From assembly GCA_964655175.1 (NCBI GenBank), contig CAZZLY010000001.1:5006-69005 (forward strand): 64,000 bases of DNA, in the 5' to 3' direction. Below are positions 42,539 through 52,297 of this stretch, piece by piece; position 1 is the stretch's first letter, and every line of letters begins with the position of its first letter. The notes below the pieces were generated by a model, which ran no database searches, was not told the DNA's origin, and saw nothing but the letters and a program-made list of their open reading frames with translations. A program made the position numbers and the translations under genes. Source of the DNA: an uncultured bacterium. GTDB lineage: Bacteria > Eisenbacteria > RBG-16-71-46.

Positions 42539-43753
42539 ATGGCCATCTACGTGTGGAAGGGTCGTACGCTCGCGGGTGAGGCTCAGACCGGCGAGATCGA
42601 GGTGGGGCGCCAGGAGGAGGCCCTCGAGATCCTGCGCAAGAAGCGCATCCTCGTCACCTCGTTGAATCCCAAGGCGGGCGGCTTCGCGCTGCCCAAGCTG
42701 GGTGGCCCCGGCGTGTCCACGAAGGATCTCGCCATCTTCACCCGCCAGTTCGCGACCATGATCTCGGCGGGTCTGCCGCTCGTGCAGTGCCTCGACATCC
42801 TCGCCAAGCAGGCCAGCAAGCCGGGCTTCGGCAAGGTGATCGCCGAGACGACGCGCGAGGTCGAGGCCGGCTCGACGCTGTCCGACGCGTTGGGCAAGCA
42901 CCGCGCCGTGTTCGACGACCTGTTCCGCAACATGGTCGCGGCGGGTGAGGCGGGCGGTGTGCTCGACGAGATCCTCATGCGTCTGGCGACCTACATCGAG
43001 AAGGCCGACGCGCTCAAGCGCAAGGTCCAGAGCGCCATGGTGTATCCGGCCGTCGTGCTCTCGGTCGCGCTCGGCGCCACGGCGTTCATGCTCATCTTCA
43101 TCATCCCGACGTTCGCCAAGATGTTCACCGACTTCGGTGGCGAGCTGCCGCTGCCCACGAAGATCGTGCTCATCCTGTCGAACGTGCTCGTCCACTGGTG
43201 GTGGGCGGGTCTGCTCGGCATCGTCGGTGGCATCGTGGCGTTGACGCGCTACTACGCGACCGAGGACGGCCAGCGCCGCATCGACGGCATGCTCATCCGC
43301 ATGCCGGTGCTGGGCGACGTGCTCCTCAAGGGCGCCGTGGCCCGGTTCACGCGCACGCTGGGCACCCTGATCGCGTCCGGTGTGCCCATTCTGGCCGGTC
43401 TCGAGATCACCGCGCGCACGGCCGGCAACAAGGTCATCGCCGAGGCGATCATGAGCGCGCGCGCCTCGATCCGCGAGGGCGAGACGGTGTCCGCGCCGCT
43501 CAAGGCCTCGGGCGTGTTCCCGCCCATGGTCACGCAGATGATCGCGGTCGGCGAGCAGACCGGTGCGCTCGACGAGATGCTCACCAAGATCGCCGTGTTC
43601 TACGAGGCCGAGGTGGACACGGCCGTGGACACGCTCACCTCGATCATCGAGCCCGTCATGATCGTCGTCATGGGCGGCATCGTGGGCGGCATGGTCGTCG
43701 CCATGTATCTGCCGATGTTCAAGCTCATCAACGTCGTCGCGGGTGGCAACTGA
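42539..43753 (+). CDS. pilC: Type IV pilus inner-membrane platform protein (GspF family).
   Basis: Two T2SSF repeats (LATMISAGLPLVQCLDIL; LGTLIASGVPILAGLEI) and three predicted TM segments. 404 aa. Confidence 0.85.
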   Translation: MAIYVWKGRTLAGEAQTGEIEVGRQEEALEILRKKRILVTSLNPKAGGFALPKLGGPGVSTKDLAIFTRQFATMISAGLPLVQCLDILAKQASKPGFGKVIAETTREVEAGSTLSDALGKHRAVFDDLFRNMVAAGEAGGVLDEILMRLATYIEKADALKRKVQSAMVYPAVVLSVALGATAFMLIFIIPTFAKMFTDFGGELPLPTKIVLILSNVLVHWWWAGLLGIVGGIVALTRYYATEDGQRRIDGMLIRMPVLGDVLLKGAVARFTRTLGTLIASGVPILAGLEITARTAGNKVIAEAIMSARASIREGETVSAPLKASGVFPPMVTQMIAVGEQTGALDEMLTKIAVFYEAEVDTAVDTLTSIIEPVMIVVMGGIVGGMVVAMYLPMFKLINVVAGGN

Positions 43754-43754
43754 C

Positions 43755-45425
43755 ATGACCCCGACGCCCGCTCTCGGCCTCGTGAACGGCACGCCGCGCG
43801 CCTCGGACGCCTCGTCGCGTCCGAACGCGTGGCGGACGCTGCGGCCGCTGTTGCTCGGTCGGCCGCTCGTCGCGCTGGTGGCCTTGCCGGCGGGGCTGCT
43901 GCTGCGGCCGGACCTCGTGGGCCGTCCGGGGGCGTTCGCCCTGCTGGCGATCCTGACCGTCGCACTGGTCTCGTGCGGCTGGATGTGGCTCGCGCGCCGC
44001 TCGGCCGCGGTCGCACCGCAGCTCGCGGCGCAGCTCGGCGTCGACCTGCTGCTGGTGAGCGCGCTCGCCGCGCGCACGGGCGGGCAGGGCAGCCAGTACG
44101 TGTTGTTCTACGTGCTGGTGGTCATCACCGGTGGCGTGTTCGGCCGCCTCACGGGCGGCTTGCTGGCGGCGGCCGGAGCGGTCACGGGCTTCCTGTGGCT
44201 GCCGCGTCTGGCCGGTATGTTCGGGGTGACGCTGCCCAATCACGTCGAGCCCGAGGTCATGGTGACCTTCCTCGCCAGCGTCGGTGTGCTCGCCGGCGTG
44301 CTCGGCGATCGCGTGCAGCGCACCGTGGGCGAACTGGCGCGCACCGAGCGCGAGCTCGACCGCGTGCGGCTCGACAACGGCACCATCCTGCGTCATCTGG
44401 CGACCGGCATCCTCACGGTGGACGCCGACGGCTTCGTGGACGATCTGAACCCGGCCGCCGAGAACGTGCTCGGCCTCAAGGCCGACGCGGTGCGTGGCCT
44501 GCCGCTCGATCAGGCGCTGCCCTCGCGCCTGGCGGCCCTGCGCGAACTCATCCGGACGTCGCATCGCACCCGGACCGGGCGCGCCCGTGCCGAGGTCGAG
44601 GTCGCGACCGTGGCCGATCGCGTCCTGCCGCTGGGCGCGTCGACCAACGTCCTCACCCATGAGGACCAGCTCACCGGCGTCGTGGCCGTGTTCCAGGACC
44701 TGACCGCGGTCCGGGACATGGAGCGTCGGGTCCGGCGCAACGAGACCCTGGCCGAGGTCGGTGCCCTGGCGGCCGGGATCGCCCACGAACTGCGCAACGG
44801 CCTCAAGCCGATCAGCGGATCGGTGGAGGTTTTGCAACGTGAGCTCAAGTTGGAGGGTGAAACGGCCGAATTGATGGACCTAGTGGCGCGCGAATCCGCG
44901 CGACTCAACAAGTTCGTGACCGATCTCCTGACCTATTCCCGTGAGCGCGATCTGGCGCTGGAACCGGTGAGCCTCGACGCGCACCTGCGCGAGCTGGCCG
45001 GCAGCCTGCGACACGACCCGCGACGCGCACCGGGGGTGACGGTCGAGGTGGTCCCGGGGCCGGACGGCGCCCAGGTCGCGATCGACACGGAGCAGATGCG
45101 GCAGGTGTGGCTCAACCTCGCGTCCAACGCCCTCGAGGCGATGGGCGACCACGGCACCCTCACGATCACGTGGGTGGCGGTCGGGGAGAGCCAGGTGGCA
45201 GTGGAATTCCGGGACGAGGGTCCCGGCATCCCGGCCGACGATCTGCGTCGGATGGGAGAACCCTTTTTCACGACCAAACGGGGCGGGACGGGCCTGGGAC
45301 TCGCGATCGCACAGCGGATCGTCGAGCGCCATGCCGGCGTCCTGACCCTCGAGAGCGTGGCCGGTCAGGGTACGACCGCCCGGGTGCAGCTGCCCGGCGT
45401 GGCGAGCCTGACGCAGGCAGCGTGA
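43755..45425 (+). CDS. pilS: Sensor histidine kinase, PilS-like.
   Basis: Multi-TM N-terminus. PAS-like region. HisKA H-box IAHELRNGLKPI. HATPase N, G1 and G2 boxes (NLASNALEA; RDEGPGIP; GGTGLGLAI). The ATG at 43755 immediately follows the pilC stop. Confidence 0.7.
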   Translation: MTPTPALGLVNGTPRASDASSRPNAWRTLRPLLLGRPLVALVALPAGLLLRPDLVGRPGAFALLAILTVALVSCGWMWLARRSAAVAPQLAAQLGVDLLLVSALAARTGGQGSQYVLFYVLVVITGGVFGRLTGGLLAAAGAVTGFLWLPRLAGMFGVTLPNHVEPEVMVTFLASVGVLAGVLGDRVQRTVGELARTERELDRVRLDNGTILRHLATGILTVDADGFVDDLNPAAENVLGLKADAVRGLPLDQALPSRLAALRELIRTSHRTRTGRARAEVEVATVADRVLPLGASTNVLTHEDQLTGVVAVFQDLTAVRDMERRVRRNETLAEVGALAAGIAHELRNGLKPISGSVEVLQRELKLEGETAELMDLVARESARLNKFVTDLLTYSRERDLALEPVSLDAHLRELAGSLRHDPRRAPGVTVEVVPGPDGAQVAIDTEQMRQVWLNLASNALEAMGDHGTLTITWVAVGESQVAVEFRDEGPGIPADDLRRMGEPFFTTKRGGTGLGLAIAQRIVERHAGVLTLESVAGQGTTARVQLPGVASLTQAA

Positions 45426-45459
45426 TCACGAAACAACCCGTTCACAGTGAGGTGACGCC

Positions 45460-46881
45460 ATGGCGGCCGAGAAGATCCTGGTGGTCGACGACGAACAGAG
45501 CATGACCCAGTTCCTGGGCATCGTGCTGCGCAAGGAGGGCTACCAGGTCACGACCGTGAACAGTGGTCGCGATGCCCTCGAGAAGATCCGCATGGAGCCC
45601 TTCGACGTCGTGCTGTCGGACATCAAGATGCCCGGCATGGACGGCATCCAGCTGCTCCAGGGCATCAAGAAGCACGACGCGAACATCCCGGTCGTGCTCA
45701 TGACGGCCTACGCGTCGCAGCAGACCGCCATCGACGCCGTGAATCTGGGTGCGTTCCAGTACCTGCTCAAGAACGCGAAGAACGACGAGATCCGTCTCGC
45801 CGTGCGCAACGCGCTCGAGATCCGCAAGGTCAAGAACGAGAACCAGTTCCTCAAGCGCGAGCTCAAGAAGGGCCACGAGGAGAAGGTCATCATCGGTTCG
45901 TCCGACGAGATGCTCCGCGTGTTCAAGATGGTGGACAAGGTCGCGGACAGCGAGGCCACGATCCTGATCCAGGGCGATTCGGGCACCGGCAAGGAGCTCA
46001 TCGCCCGCGAGATCCACTATCGCAGCCGCCGCGCCTCGGGTCCGTTCGTGAGCATCAACTGCGGTGCGATCCCGCGTGACCTGCTCGAGTCGAACCTGTT
46101 CGGGCACGTGAAGGGCTCGTTCACCGGTGCGGTGAAGGACTCGCCCGGCCTGTTCCAGGTGGCCGAGGGCGGTACGTTCTTCCTCGACGAGGTCGGTGAG
46201 ATGCCGCTCGCCACGCAGGTCAAGCTGCTGCGGGCGCTGCAGGAGCGCGAGATCATCCCGGTCGGCGGCACCACGCCGATCAAGATCGACTGCCGTCTCG
46301 TGGCCGCGACGAACGTGGACCTCGAGCGCGAGGTCGCCGAGGGCCGCTTCCGCGCCGATCTGTTCTTCCGCCTCAACGTCATCCCGCTGCGGATGCCGGC
46401 GCTGCGCCAGCGCCGCGACGACATCCCCGTGCTCGTGGACCACTTCCTCAAGCGCCACGCCAAGGGCGGCACGCCCAAGACCGTGACCAAGGAGGCCATG
46501 GAGCTGCTCATGAAGTACGACTGGCCGGGCAACGTGCGCGAGCTCGAGAACGTCATGGAGCGCGCCATGGTGCTGGACGAGGGTGGCGTGATCCATCCCG
46601 AGGACCTGCCGGACAAGATCCGCTTCGGTCACAGCCAGAAGGGCAGCCTGGTCATCGATACGCCCACGATGACGCTCGAGGAGCTCGAGAAGGAGTACAT
46701 CCTCAAGGTGCTCAACTTCACGCGCTGGCAGAAGAAGCGCTCGAGCGAACTGCTCGGCATCAACGCCTCGACGCTGTACCGCAAGCTGATCGGCTACGGC
46801 ATCGAGAAGCCGGGCAAGGAGCGGGGCGAGGGCGCCGAGGGCGAGGACGTGGTCGCCGAGGGTGACGAGCACGCAGCCTGA
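45460..46881 (+). CDS. pilR: Sigma-54-dependent response regulator (NtrC family), PilR-like.
   Basis: REC domain (VVDDE...D...K). AAA+ sigma-54 activator domain with Walker A GDSGTGKE and the GAFTGA-equivalent GSFTGA. C-terminal HTH. Confidence 0.85.
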   Translation: MAAEKILVVDDEQSMTQFLGIVLRKEGYQVTTVNSGRDALEKIRMEPFDVVLSDIKMPGMDGIQLLQGIKKHDANIPVVLMTAYASQQTAIDAVNLGAFQYLLKNAKNDEIRLAVRNALEIRKVKNENQFLKRELKKGHEEKVIIGSSDEMLRVFKMVDKVADSEATILIQGDSGTGKELIAREIHYRSRRASGPFVSINCGAIPRDLLESNLFGHVKGSFTGAVKDSPGLFQVAEGGTFFLDEVGEMPLATQVKLLRALQEREIIPVGGTTPIKIDCRLVAATNVDLEREVAEGRFRADLFFRLNVIPLRMPALRQRRDDIPVLVDHFLKRHAKGGTPKTVTKEAMELLMKYDWPGNVRELENVMERAMVLDEGGVIHPEDLPDKIRFGHSQKGSLVIDTPTMTLEELEKEYILKVLNFTRWQKKRSSELLGINASTLYRKLIGYGIEKPGKERGEGAEGEDVVAEGDEHAA

Positions 46882-47027
46882 GACGTGCGGGTCGCACGGT
46901 CCGTGGTCGGGGTGGCTGCAAATCGCCCGGCACCACGGATCGGCGAACCCGGGATGTGACACCCCGCCCTCGGCACAAGGTCTTGCCGGACAGCGGGAAG
47001 CAGGGAAGTCAGGGCCGCGCGCCCCGA

Positions 47028-47043
47028 TGGCACGCGGATTGCG
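47028..47043 (+). promoter_or_regulatory. Sigma-54 (-24/-12) promoter upstream of pilA.
   Basis: TGGCACGCGGATTGCG equals TGGCAC-N5-TTGC, an exact match to the GG-N10-GC consensus. It lies ~73 nt upstream of the pilA ATG and directly downstream of the PilR-like sigma-54 activator gene. Confidence 0.5.
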
Positions 47044-47115
47044 GTGAATCCACCCGACCGGTATCCGACCGGCAGGTGCGCCGCGGAATCCCAATCCTCC
47101 AGGGAGGTCAGGATC

Positions 47116-47562
47116 ATGACCAAGTCGCAGAAGGGCTTCACGCTGATCGAGCTGATGATCGTGGTCGTGATCATCGGTATCCTCGCCGCCATCGCCATCC
47201 CGAACTTCATCGCCATGCAGAACCGCGCGAAGGAGGGTTCGGTGAAGGCCAACATGCACACGTTCCAGCTCGCCGCCGAGGACTACGGCGTCCAGAACGA
47301 TGGCGTGTACGCGGCCAATGCCAGCTCGGTCGAGGCGCTGCTGCCCGCCGCGGGTGTGAACTTCAAGAACCCGTTCACCAAGGTCGCCGGCACGGGTGCG
47401 GCGTGGCTCGACGTCGCCACGTACCCGACGACGGGCAACCTGTCGACGGGCTCCACGGTCGCCGGCATCGTGGCCTACTCGGACAACGCGACGACGGCCT
47501 ACCAGGTCGCCGGTCGTGGCAAGACGGCGGATCTCGCGCTGGTGCTCACCAGCGGTCAGTGA
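47116..47562 (+). CDS. pilA: Type IVa major pilin, copy 1.
   Basis: Class III signal MTKSQKG/FTLIELMIVVVIIGILAAIAIP, with Gly-1, Phe+1 and Glu+5. RBS AGGGAGG. 148 aa. No cysteine anywhere in the protein. Confidence 0.85.
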   Translation: MTKSQKGFTLIELMIVVVIIGILAAIAIPNFIAMQNRAKEGSVKANMHTFQLAAEDYGVQNDGVYAANASSVEALLPAAGVNFKNPFTKVAGTGAAWLDVATYPTTGNLSTGSTVAGIVAYSDNATTAYQVAGRGKTADLALVLTSGQ

Positions 47563-47580
47563 TCCCACGCGGTCGTGGGA
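47563..47580 (+). terminator. Perfect 7-bp stem / 4-nt loop hairpin immediately after the pilA stop.
   Basis: tcccacg-cggt-cgtggga begins at the first base after the TGA. It may act as an attenuator or partial terminator between the two pilin genes. No U-tract follows, as is usual in high-GC genomes. Confidence 0.35.
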
Positions 47581-47853
47581 TGTGGGCGGGCCCGCTGGGC
47601 TCGCTCCCGTCCCGCGGCCGATGCGGGCGGACGACGCCCGCGACGGAGGGGCGGCGCGGTGGATCGGGTGACCGGTCGCCGCACTCGAGCCTCCGGCAGT
47701 CCAGCCGATACTCGACGTCGGGGCGGTTCTGCGGAGTCCACGCCCCGGGCCCTGCTCGCGAGCGAGGGTGATGACGGGACCGCAGCCAACCGGGCTCTCG
47801 TGGGTCCATCCGGACCTGCGCCATCCATAGCCTACCTGCGAGGGAGTGCGAAC

Positions 47854-48300
47854 ATGTCACGCAATCAGAAGGGCTTCACGCTGATCGAGCTCATGATCGT
47901 GGTCGTCATCATCGGCATCCTGGCCGCCATCGCGATCCCGAACTTCATCGCCATGCAGAACCGTGCGAAGGAAGGCTCGGTCAAGTCGAACATGCACACC
48001 TTCCAGCTGGCGGCCGAGGATTACGGCGTCCAGAACGACGGTGTGTACGCGGCGACGGCCGGTGCGGTCGAGGCCCTGCTGCCGAACGCCGGGGCGAACT
48101 TCAAGAACCCGTTCGACAAGACGACGGGTTCGGGTGCGGCGTGGCTCGACGTGGCCACGTACCCGACGACGGGCAATCTGGCGACCGGTTCCACGATCGC
48201 CGGTATCGTCGCCTACTCGGACAACGCGACGACGGCCTACCAGGTCGCCGGCCGCGGCAAGACGGCGGATCTGTCGCTGGTGCTCTCGAGCGGCCAGTAG
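47854..48300 (+). CDS. Type IVa pilin, copy 2 (divergent tandem paralog).
   Basis: MSRNQKG/FTLIELMIVVVIIGILAAIAIP. It is ~90% amino-acid identical to copy 1, but carries many synonymous codon differences. RBS GAGGGAG. 148 aa, cysteine-free. Confidence 0.85.
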   Translation: MSRNQKGFTLIELMIVVVIIGILAAIAIPNFIAMQNRAKEGSVKSNMHTFQLAAEDYGVQNDGVYAATAGAVEALLPNAGANFKNPFDKTTGSGAAWLDVATYPTTGNLATGSTIAGIVAYSDNATTAYQVAGRGKTADLSLVLSSGQ

Positions 48301-48323
48301 TCTCGATCCCGCAGGTTCCGGAC

Positions 48324-48360
48324 GGGGGTGCGCCTCGAGCGCACCCCCGTTCTGTTTCAC
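48324..48360 (+). terminator. Rho-independent terminator after the second pilin gene.
   Basis: gggggtgcg-cctcgag-cgcaccccc forms a 9-bp GC-rich stem, followed by gttctgtttcac (T-rich). Confidence 0.55.
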
Positions 48361-48483
48361 CCCTCGGGAGCGACTCGCGGCACGGGGGTTGCAAAACCTC
48401 TCGACGCCAGCGGTGCAGCCTCGCCGCAGCGGTGCAGCCAAGCGGTTGCCCGCCAACACGTTCGCCTCGGGAGACCACCTCGA

Positions 48484-49533
48484 ATGTCGATGCTGGGACA
48501 GGGTACGACGGCCAAGCCGGAGCCGCAGCGGACGGGGACTGACCGCCCGACCGTGCAGAACGCAACCCCTGCAGCCGGGGCGGCGGTCTCGGTCCGCGGC
48601 CTCACCAAGAGCTACCGCCACCCCTGGACGATGCAGGTGACCCCGGGCCTGACCGACGTGACGTTCGACGTCCGGCCGGGCGAGGTGTTCGGCTACCTGG
48701 GCCCCAACGGCGCCGGCAAGACGACCACGATCAAGCTGCTCGCCGGATTGCTCAAGCCCACGAGCGGGCAGGCGTGGTTGTTCGGTACGTCCATCGATCG
48801 CGTCGAGAGCCGCCGTCGGCTGGGTTTCCTGCCGGAGCAGCCGTACTTCTACGACTCGCTCACCGGCGTCGAGTACCTCGAGTTCGTGGCGCGTCTCTCG
48901 GGTCTGTCGGGGCGTGACGCCGCCGCCGCCGCGCGCCGTTGGTTCGGCAAGGTGGGCCTGGGGGAGCGCGCGCGTCTGGCGCTGCGCAAGTACTCCAAGG
49001 GCATGCTGCAGCGCCTCGGGCTCGCGGCCGCCATGGTGCACGAGCCCGACCTGCTCATCCTCGACGAGCCCATGAGCGGTCTCGATCCGTTCGGCCGTCG
49101 CGACGTGCGCGACCTGATCCTGGAGCAGCGCGAGCGCGGCGCCACGGTCATGCTGTCGAGCCACATCCTGCCCGACGTCGAGGCGCTGTGCGATCGCGTC
49201 GGCATCGTGCTGCGCGGACGGCTCACGCGCGTGGCGAGCGTGGGTGAGCTCATCGAGGGCGGCACGCCGCGCATCGAACTGCGCGTCGCGGGTCAGCCGC
49301 TGCTCGCGATCCCGGTGACGCTCGCCGACGTGATCGAGCGCTCGACGCACGCGGGCGACACCGTGTTCACGCTGCACGACCCGACGCGGCAGCAGGAGGT
49401 GCTCGCGTGGCTCGTGCAGCAGCGCGCCACCGTGCAGTCCATGACGCCGGTGCGCGGCACGCTCGAGGACCTGTTCATGGCCACGGCCGAGAGCGCCGCG
49501 TTCCATGGCAACGTCGCGCGGAGGTCGGCGTGA
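48484..49533 (+). CDS. ABC transporter ATP-binding protein, ABC-2 subfamily, in the position of M. xanthus PilH.
   Basis: Walker [11 protein letters not shown]-loop. ABC signature [15 protein letters not shown]. Walker B LLILDEP. H-loop SSHIL. Confidence 0.75.
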   Translation: MSMLGQGTTAKPEPQRTGTDRPTVQNATPAAGAAVSVRGLTKSYRHPWTMQVTPGLTDVTFDVRPGEVFGYLGPNGAGKTTTIKLLAGLLKPTSGQAWLFGTSIDRVESRRRLGFLPEQPYFYDSLTGVEYLEFVARLSGLSGRDAAAAARRWFGKVGLGERARLALRKYSKGMLQRLGLAAAMVHEPDLLILDEPMSGLDPFGRRDVRDLILEQRERGATVMLSSHILPDVEALCDRVGIVLRGRLTRVASVGELIEGGTPRIELRVAGQPLLAIPVTLADVIERSTHAGDTVFTLHDPTRQQEVLAWLVQQRATVQSMTPVRGTLEDLFMATAESAAFHGNVARRSA

Positions 49534-50291
49534 TCGCGCTCATCGCCCGGAACACCTTCCGCGAGGCGGTCCGCGACCGCGTGCTCGCGGGCATCGTCGT
49601 CGCCGGCCTCGCGCTGCTCGCGCTCACGCGGCTCGCCAGCCCGCTCGCCATGGGCGAGGGGCTGCGGCTCACCGTGGACCTGGGGCTGTCGGGCATCACC
49701 TGGCTCGGGCTTGTCGTCGTGCTCATGGTGGGTTCGAGTCTCGTGTCCAAGGAGATCGACCGTCGCACCATCTTCAACCTGCTGTCGCGCCCGCTGCCGC
49801 GGCCCTATTACCTCGTGGGCAAGTGGGCCGGTCTGACGGCGGCGCTCGCGTCGGTCGCGGTGATCCTGGGCCTCGCGCTCGCGGGCATGCTCGTGCTGCT
49901 CGGGCACGCCGAGGCGCTGCCCGCCATCGCGCAGGCGGTCGTGCTCGCGATGCTCGAACTCGCGGTCGTGTGCTCGATCGCGGTCATGTTCTCGGCGCTC
50001 TCGACGCCGGTGCTGTCGGCGCTCTACACGCTCGGGCTGTTCCTGGCGGGACAGTGGACCGACGACCTGCGCCGCTTCGCCGAGCACGCGCCGGGCTCGC
50101 TCGGCACGCTGCTCACGACGGCCGCGAACCTGCTGCCCAACCTGTCGCTGTTCAACATGCGCTCGCTCGCCTCGCTCGGCACCTGCACGACGGTCGAGCA
50201 CCTCGCGGTCGCGACGGGCTATGCCGCGCTCTACTGCGGTTGCGTGCTGCTGCTGGGTGCGGCCGCGTTCGAATCGCGGGACTTCAAGTGA
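49530..50291 (+). CDS. ABC-2 type transporter permease, in the position of M. xanthus PilI.
   Basis: Six predicted TM helices and no soluble domain. The GTG start overlaps the stop of the ATPase gene (GTGA). Confidence 0.6.
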   Translation: MIALIARNTFREAVRDRVLAGIVVAGLALLALTRLASPLAMGEGLRLTVDLGLSGITWLGLVVVLMVGSSLVSKEIDRRTIFNLLSRPLPRPYYLVGKWAGLTAALASVAVILGLALAGMLVLLGHAEALPAIAQAVVLAMLELAVVCSIAVMFSALSTPVLSALYTLGLFLAGQWTDDLRRFAEHAPGSLGTLLTTAANLLPNLSLFNMRSLASLGTCTTVEHLAVATGYAALYCGCVLLLGAAAFESRDFK

Positions 50292-51046
50292 GCACGCTCG
50301 CGCTCACGATCCCGCCGCTGCGTCAGCGGATGATCGCCCAGTGGGCGGGTGCCCTCGTGTGCGCCACGCTCATGGCGATGACCGCGTCGTGGGCCGCGCG
50401 GCATCTGCCGCAGCGTCCGGCGTTCGAGGAGCTCGCGTACTACCCGTCGGGCCAGGCGCTGCGTCCCGCCACGTTCGGTCACGCCGAGTCGGCGGCCGAC
50501 CTGGCGTGGCTGCGTGCGGTGCAGTACTACGGCGAGCACCGTCAGACCGATCTGCGGTTCGTGAAGATGGAGCACGTGTTCGACGTGCTCACCTCGCTCG
50601 CGCCGCGGTTCGAGAGCCCGTACGTGTTCGGCGCGTTCGCGCTGGCGCAGGAGGGGCACGACTTCCCGGCCGCCGAGCGCCTCATGCTGAAGGGCCTCGC
50701 CGCCAATCCGCGCAGCGGCCGGCTCGCGTTCGAGATGGGCTTCCTCTACTACGTCCGTCCCGGGGGGCGCGACCTCGCGCACGCGGCGGAGTGGTTCGAG
50801 CGCGCCTCGCATCTGCCCGGCGCCCCGGCCAACGCCGCGCGCTTCGCCGCGTTCACGCGCCAGCACGGCGGCGACCTGATCGTCGCGCTGCAACTCTGGA
50901 AGCAGATCCACGCCACCACGGGCAATCGCTACCTGCGGGACATCGCCGAACGGGAGGCCGAGCGGATCCAGGCCGCGTTGGCCGCCGGGCGTCGGGAACG
51001 GGCGATGACCCGGCTCTCGACCCCGATCGTCCGCACGAAGCCCTGA
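50288..51046 (+). CDS. Hypothetical helical (TPR-like) protein coupled to the ABC transporter. It is a possible PilG-like accessory.
   Basis: N-terminal hydrophobic segment IAQWAGALVCATLMAMTASWAA, then helical repeats (LMLKGLAANPRSGRLAFEMGFLYY). GTGA overlap with the permease. Assigned by context only. Confidence 0.35.
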   Translation: MSTLALTIPPLRQRMIAQWAGALVCATLMAMTASWAARHLPQRPAFEELAYYPSGQALRPATFGHAESAADLAWLRAVQYYGEHRQTDLRFVKMEHVFDVLTSLAPRFESPYVFGAFALAQEGHDFPAAERLMLKGLAANPRSGRLAFEMGFLYYVRPGGRDLAHAAEWFERASHLPGAPANAARFAAFTRQHGGDLIVALQLWKQIHATTGNRYLRDIAEREAERIQAALAAGRRERAMTRLSTPIVRTKP

Positions 51047-51241
51047 CGAACGGTGGGTGGGATGACCCAACGCGTTGGAAACCGCCCTTCAGTTCGGTCG
51101 CCACGGTGCCGACACTCACCGTGAAGGCGGGACCCCGCACGGACGCACCCTCGGGCTCCGTCGGGTGATGGATGACGAGGACCCTGCCGTCGCACGCACG
51201 ACGATGGGGACGACCCGCACCACCTGGTGAGGAGTACACAC

Positions 51242-52297
51242 ATGTTCTTCGGGAAGCAGCCGTCGCTCGTGGGCCTCGACATCGGCAGCCACAGCGTCAA
51301 GGTGGTGGAGCTGCAGGCGTTGCCGAACAAGACCTTCAAGCTGGTCAATTACGGCATCTCGCAGCCGTTGTCCGAAGCGATCGTGGACGGCGAGATCATG
51401 GATCGCCAGCTCGTCACGGACGCCATCGCGAACCTGCTCGAGTCGCGGGGCATCAAGGCCAAGACGGTCGTCGCCGCCGTGTCCGGCCGCGCGGTCATCG
51501 TGAAGAAGATCACGATGAACAAGCTGTCGGCCGAGGACGCGAAGCAGGCGATCGTGTGGGAGGCCGAGCAGCACGTCCCGTACGACATCAACGACGTCTC
51601 GCTCGACTTCGAGATCCTGGGCCAGGCGCCCAACGACCCGCAGCAGATGCAGGTCCTGCTCGTCGCCGCCAAGAAGGACATGGTGCTGTCGTTCAGCGAC
51701 CTCATCCGTGAGGCCGGGCTGCAGCCCACCGTCGTGGACGTGGATTCGTTCGCGGCGCAGAACGCGATCGAAGCCAACGTCGATCTGGGCCCCGATCAGG
51801 TCGTCGCCATCCTCAACGTGGGTGGCGAGATGACGAACATCAACATCGTGCAGGGCGGCGTGCCGTACTTCACGAAGGACCTGCAGATCGGCGGCGACAC
51901 GTTCGTCGAGGCGGTCCAGCGTCGCTTCAATCTGAGCCAGGCCGAGGCCGCCGCCGCCGTGCGCGGTGAGGCCGGCGCCGGACTCGAGGTGGGCCCGGTC
52001 ATCGAACAGGCCGCCGAGGGCATCGCCACCGCGCTCGACCGCGCGCAGGCCTACCTGCGCACCGCGGGCGAGGCGGGCACGCTCAATCGCATCCTGCTGT
52101 GCGGCGGCAGCGCGCTGACGCCGGGGCTCGCCGACTTCCTGGCGCGCCGCTTCCAGGTCACGGCCGAGGTCGTGAACCCGCTCGCGCGCATCGCCTACGA
52201 CCCGGCGCTGTTCGCCGGGCAGGACGTGATGAAGGTGGCGCCCCTTCTCACGGTCGGCATCGGTCTGGCCCTGCGCCGCCCGGGGGACAAGCGATGA
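51242..52297 (+). CDS. pilM: Type IV pilus assembly protein PilM (actin-like ATPase fold).
   Basis: LVGLDIGSHSVKVVEL ... ILLCGGSALTPGLADFLARRF is an FtsA/actin-like fold. 351 aa. Confidence 0.85.
   Translation: MFFGKQPSLVGLDIGSHSVKVVELQALPNKTFKLVNYGISQPLSEAIVDGEIMDRQLVTDAIANLLESRGIKAKTVVAAVSGRAVIVKKITMNKLSAEDAKQAIVWEAEQHVPYDINDVSLDFEILGQAPNDPQQMQVLLVAAKKDMVLSFSDLIREAGLQPTVVDVDSFAAQNAIEANVDLGPDQVVAILNVGGEMTNINIVQGGVPYFTKDLQIGGDTFVEAVQRRFNLSQAEAAAAVRGEAGAGLEVGPVIEQAAEGIATALDRAQAYLRTAGEAGTLNRILLCGGSALTPGLADFLARRFQVTAEVVNPLARIAYDPALFAGQDVMKVAPLLTVGIGLALRRPGDKR

Noticed and set aside
46895-46925. Possible second sigma-54-like element TGGCTGCAAAT just after pilR.
   Set aside because: TGGC and TGCA are adjacent instead of being spaced GG-N10-GC, so it does not fit the -24/-12 geometry. 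The 47028..47043 element does.
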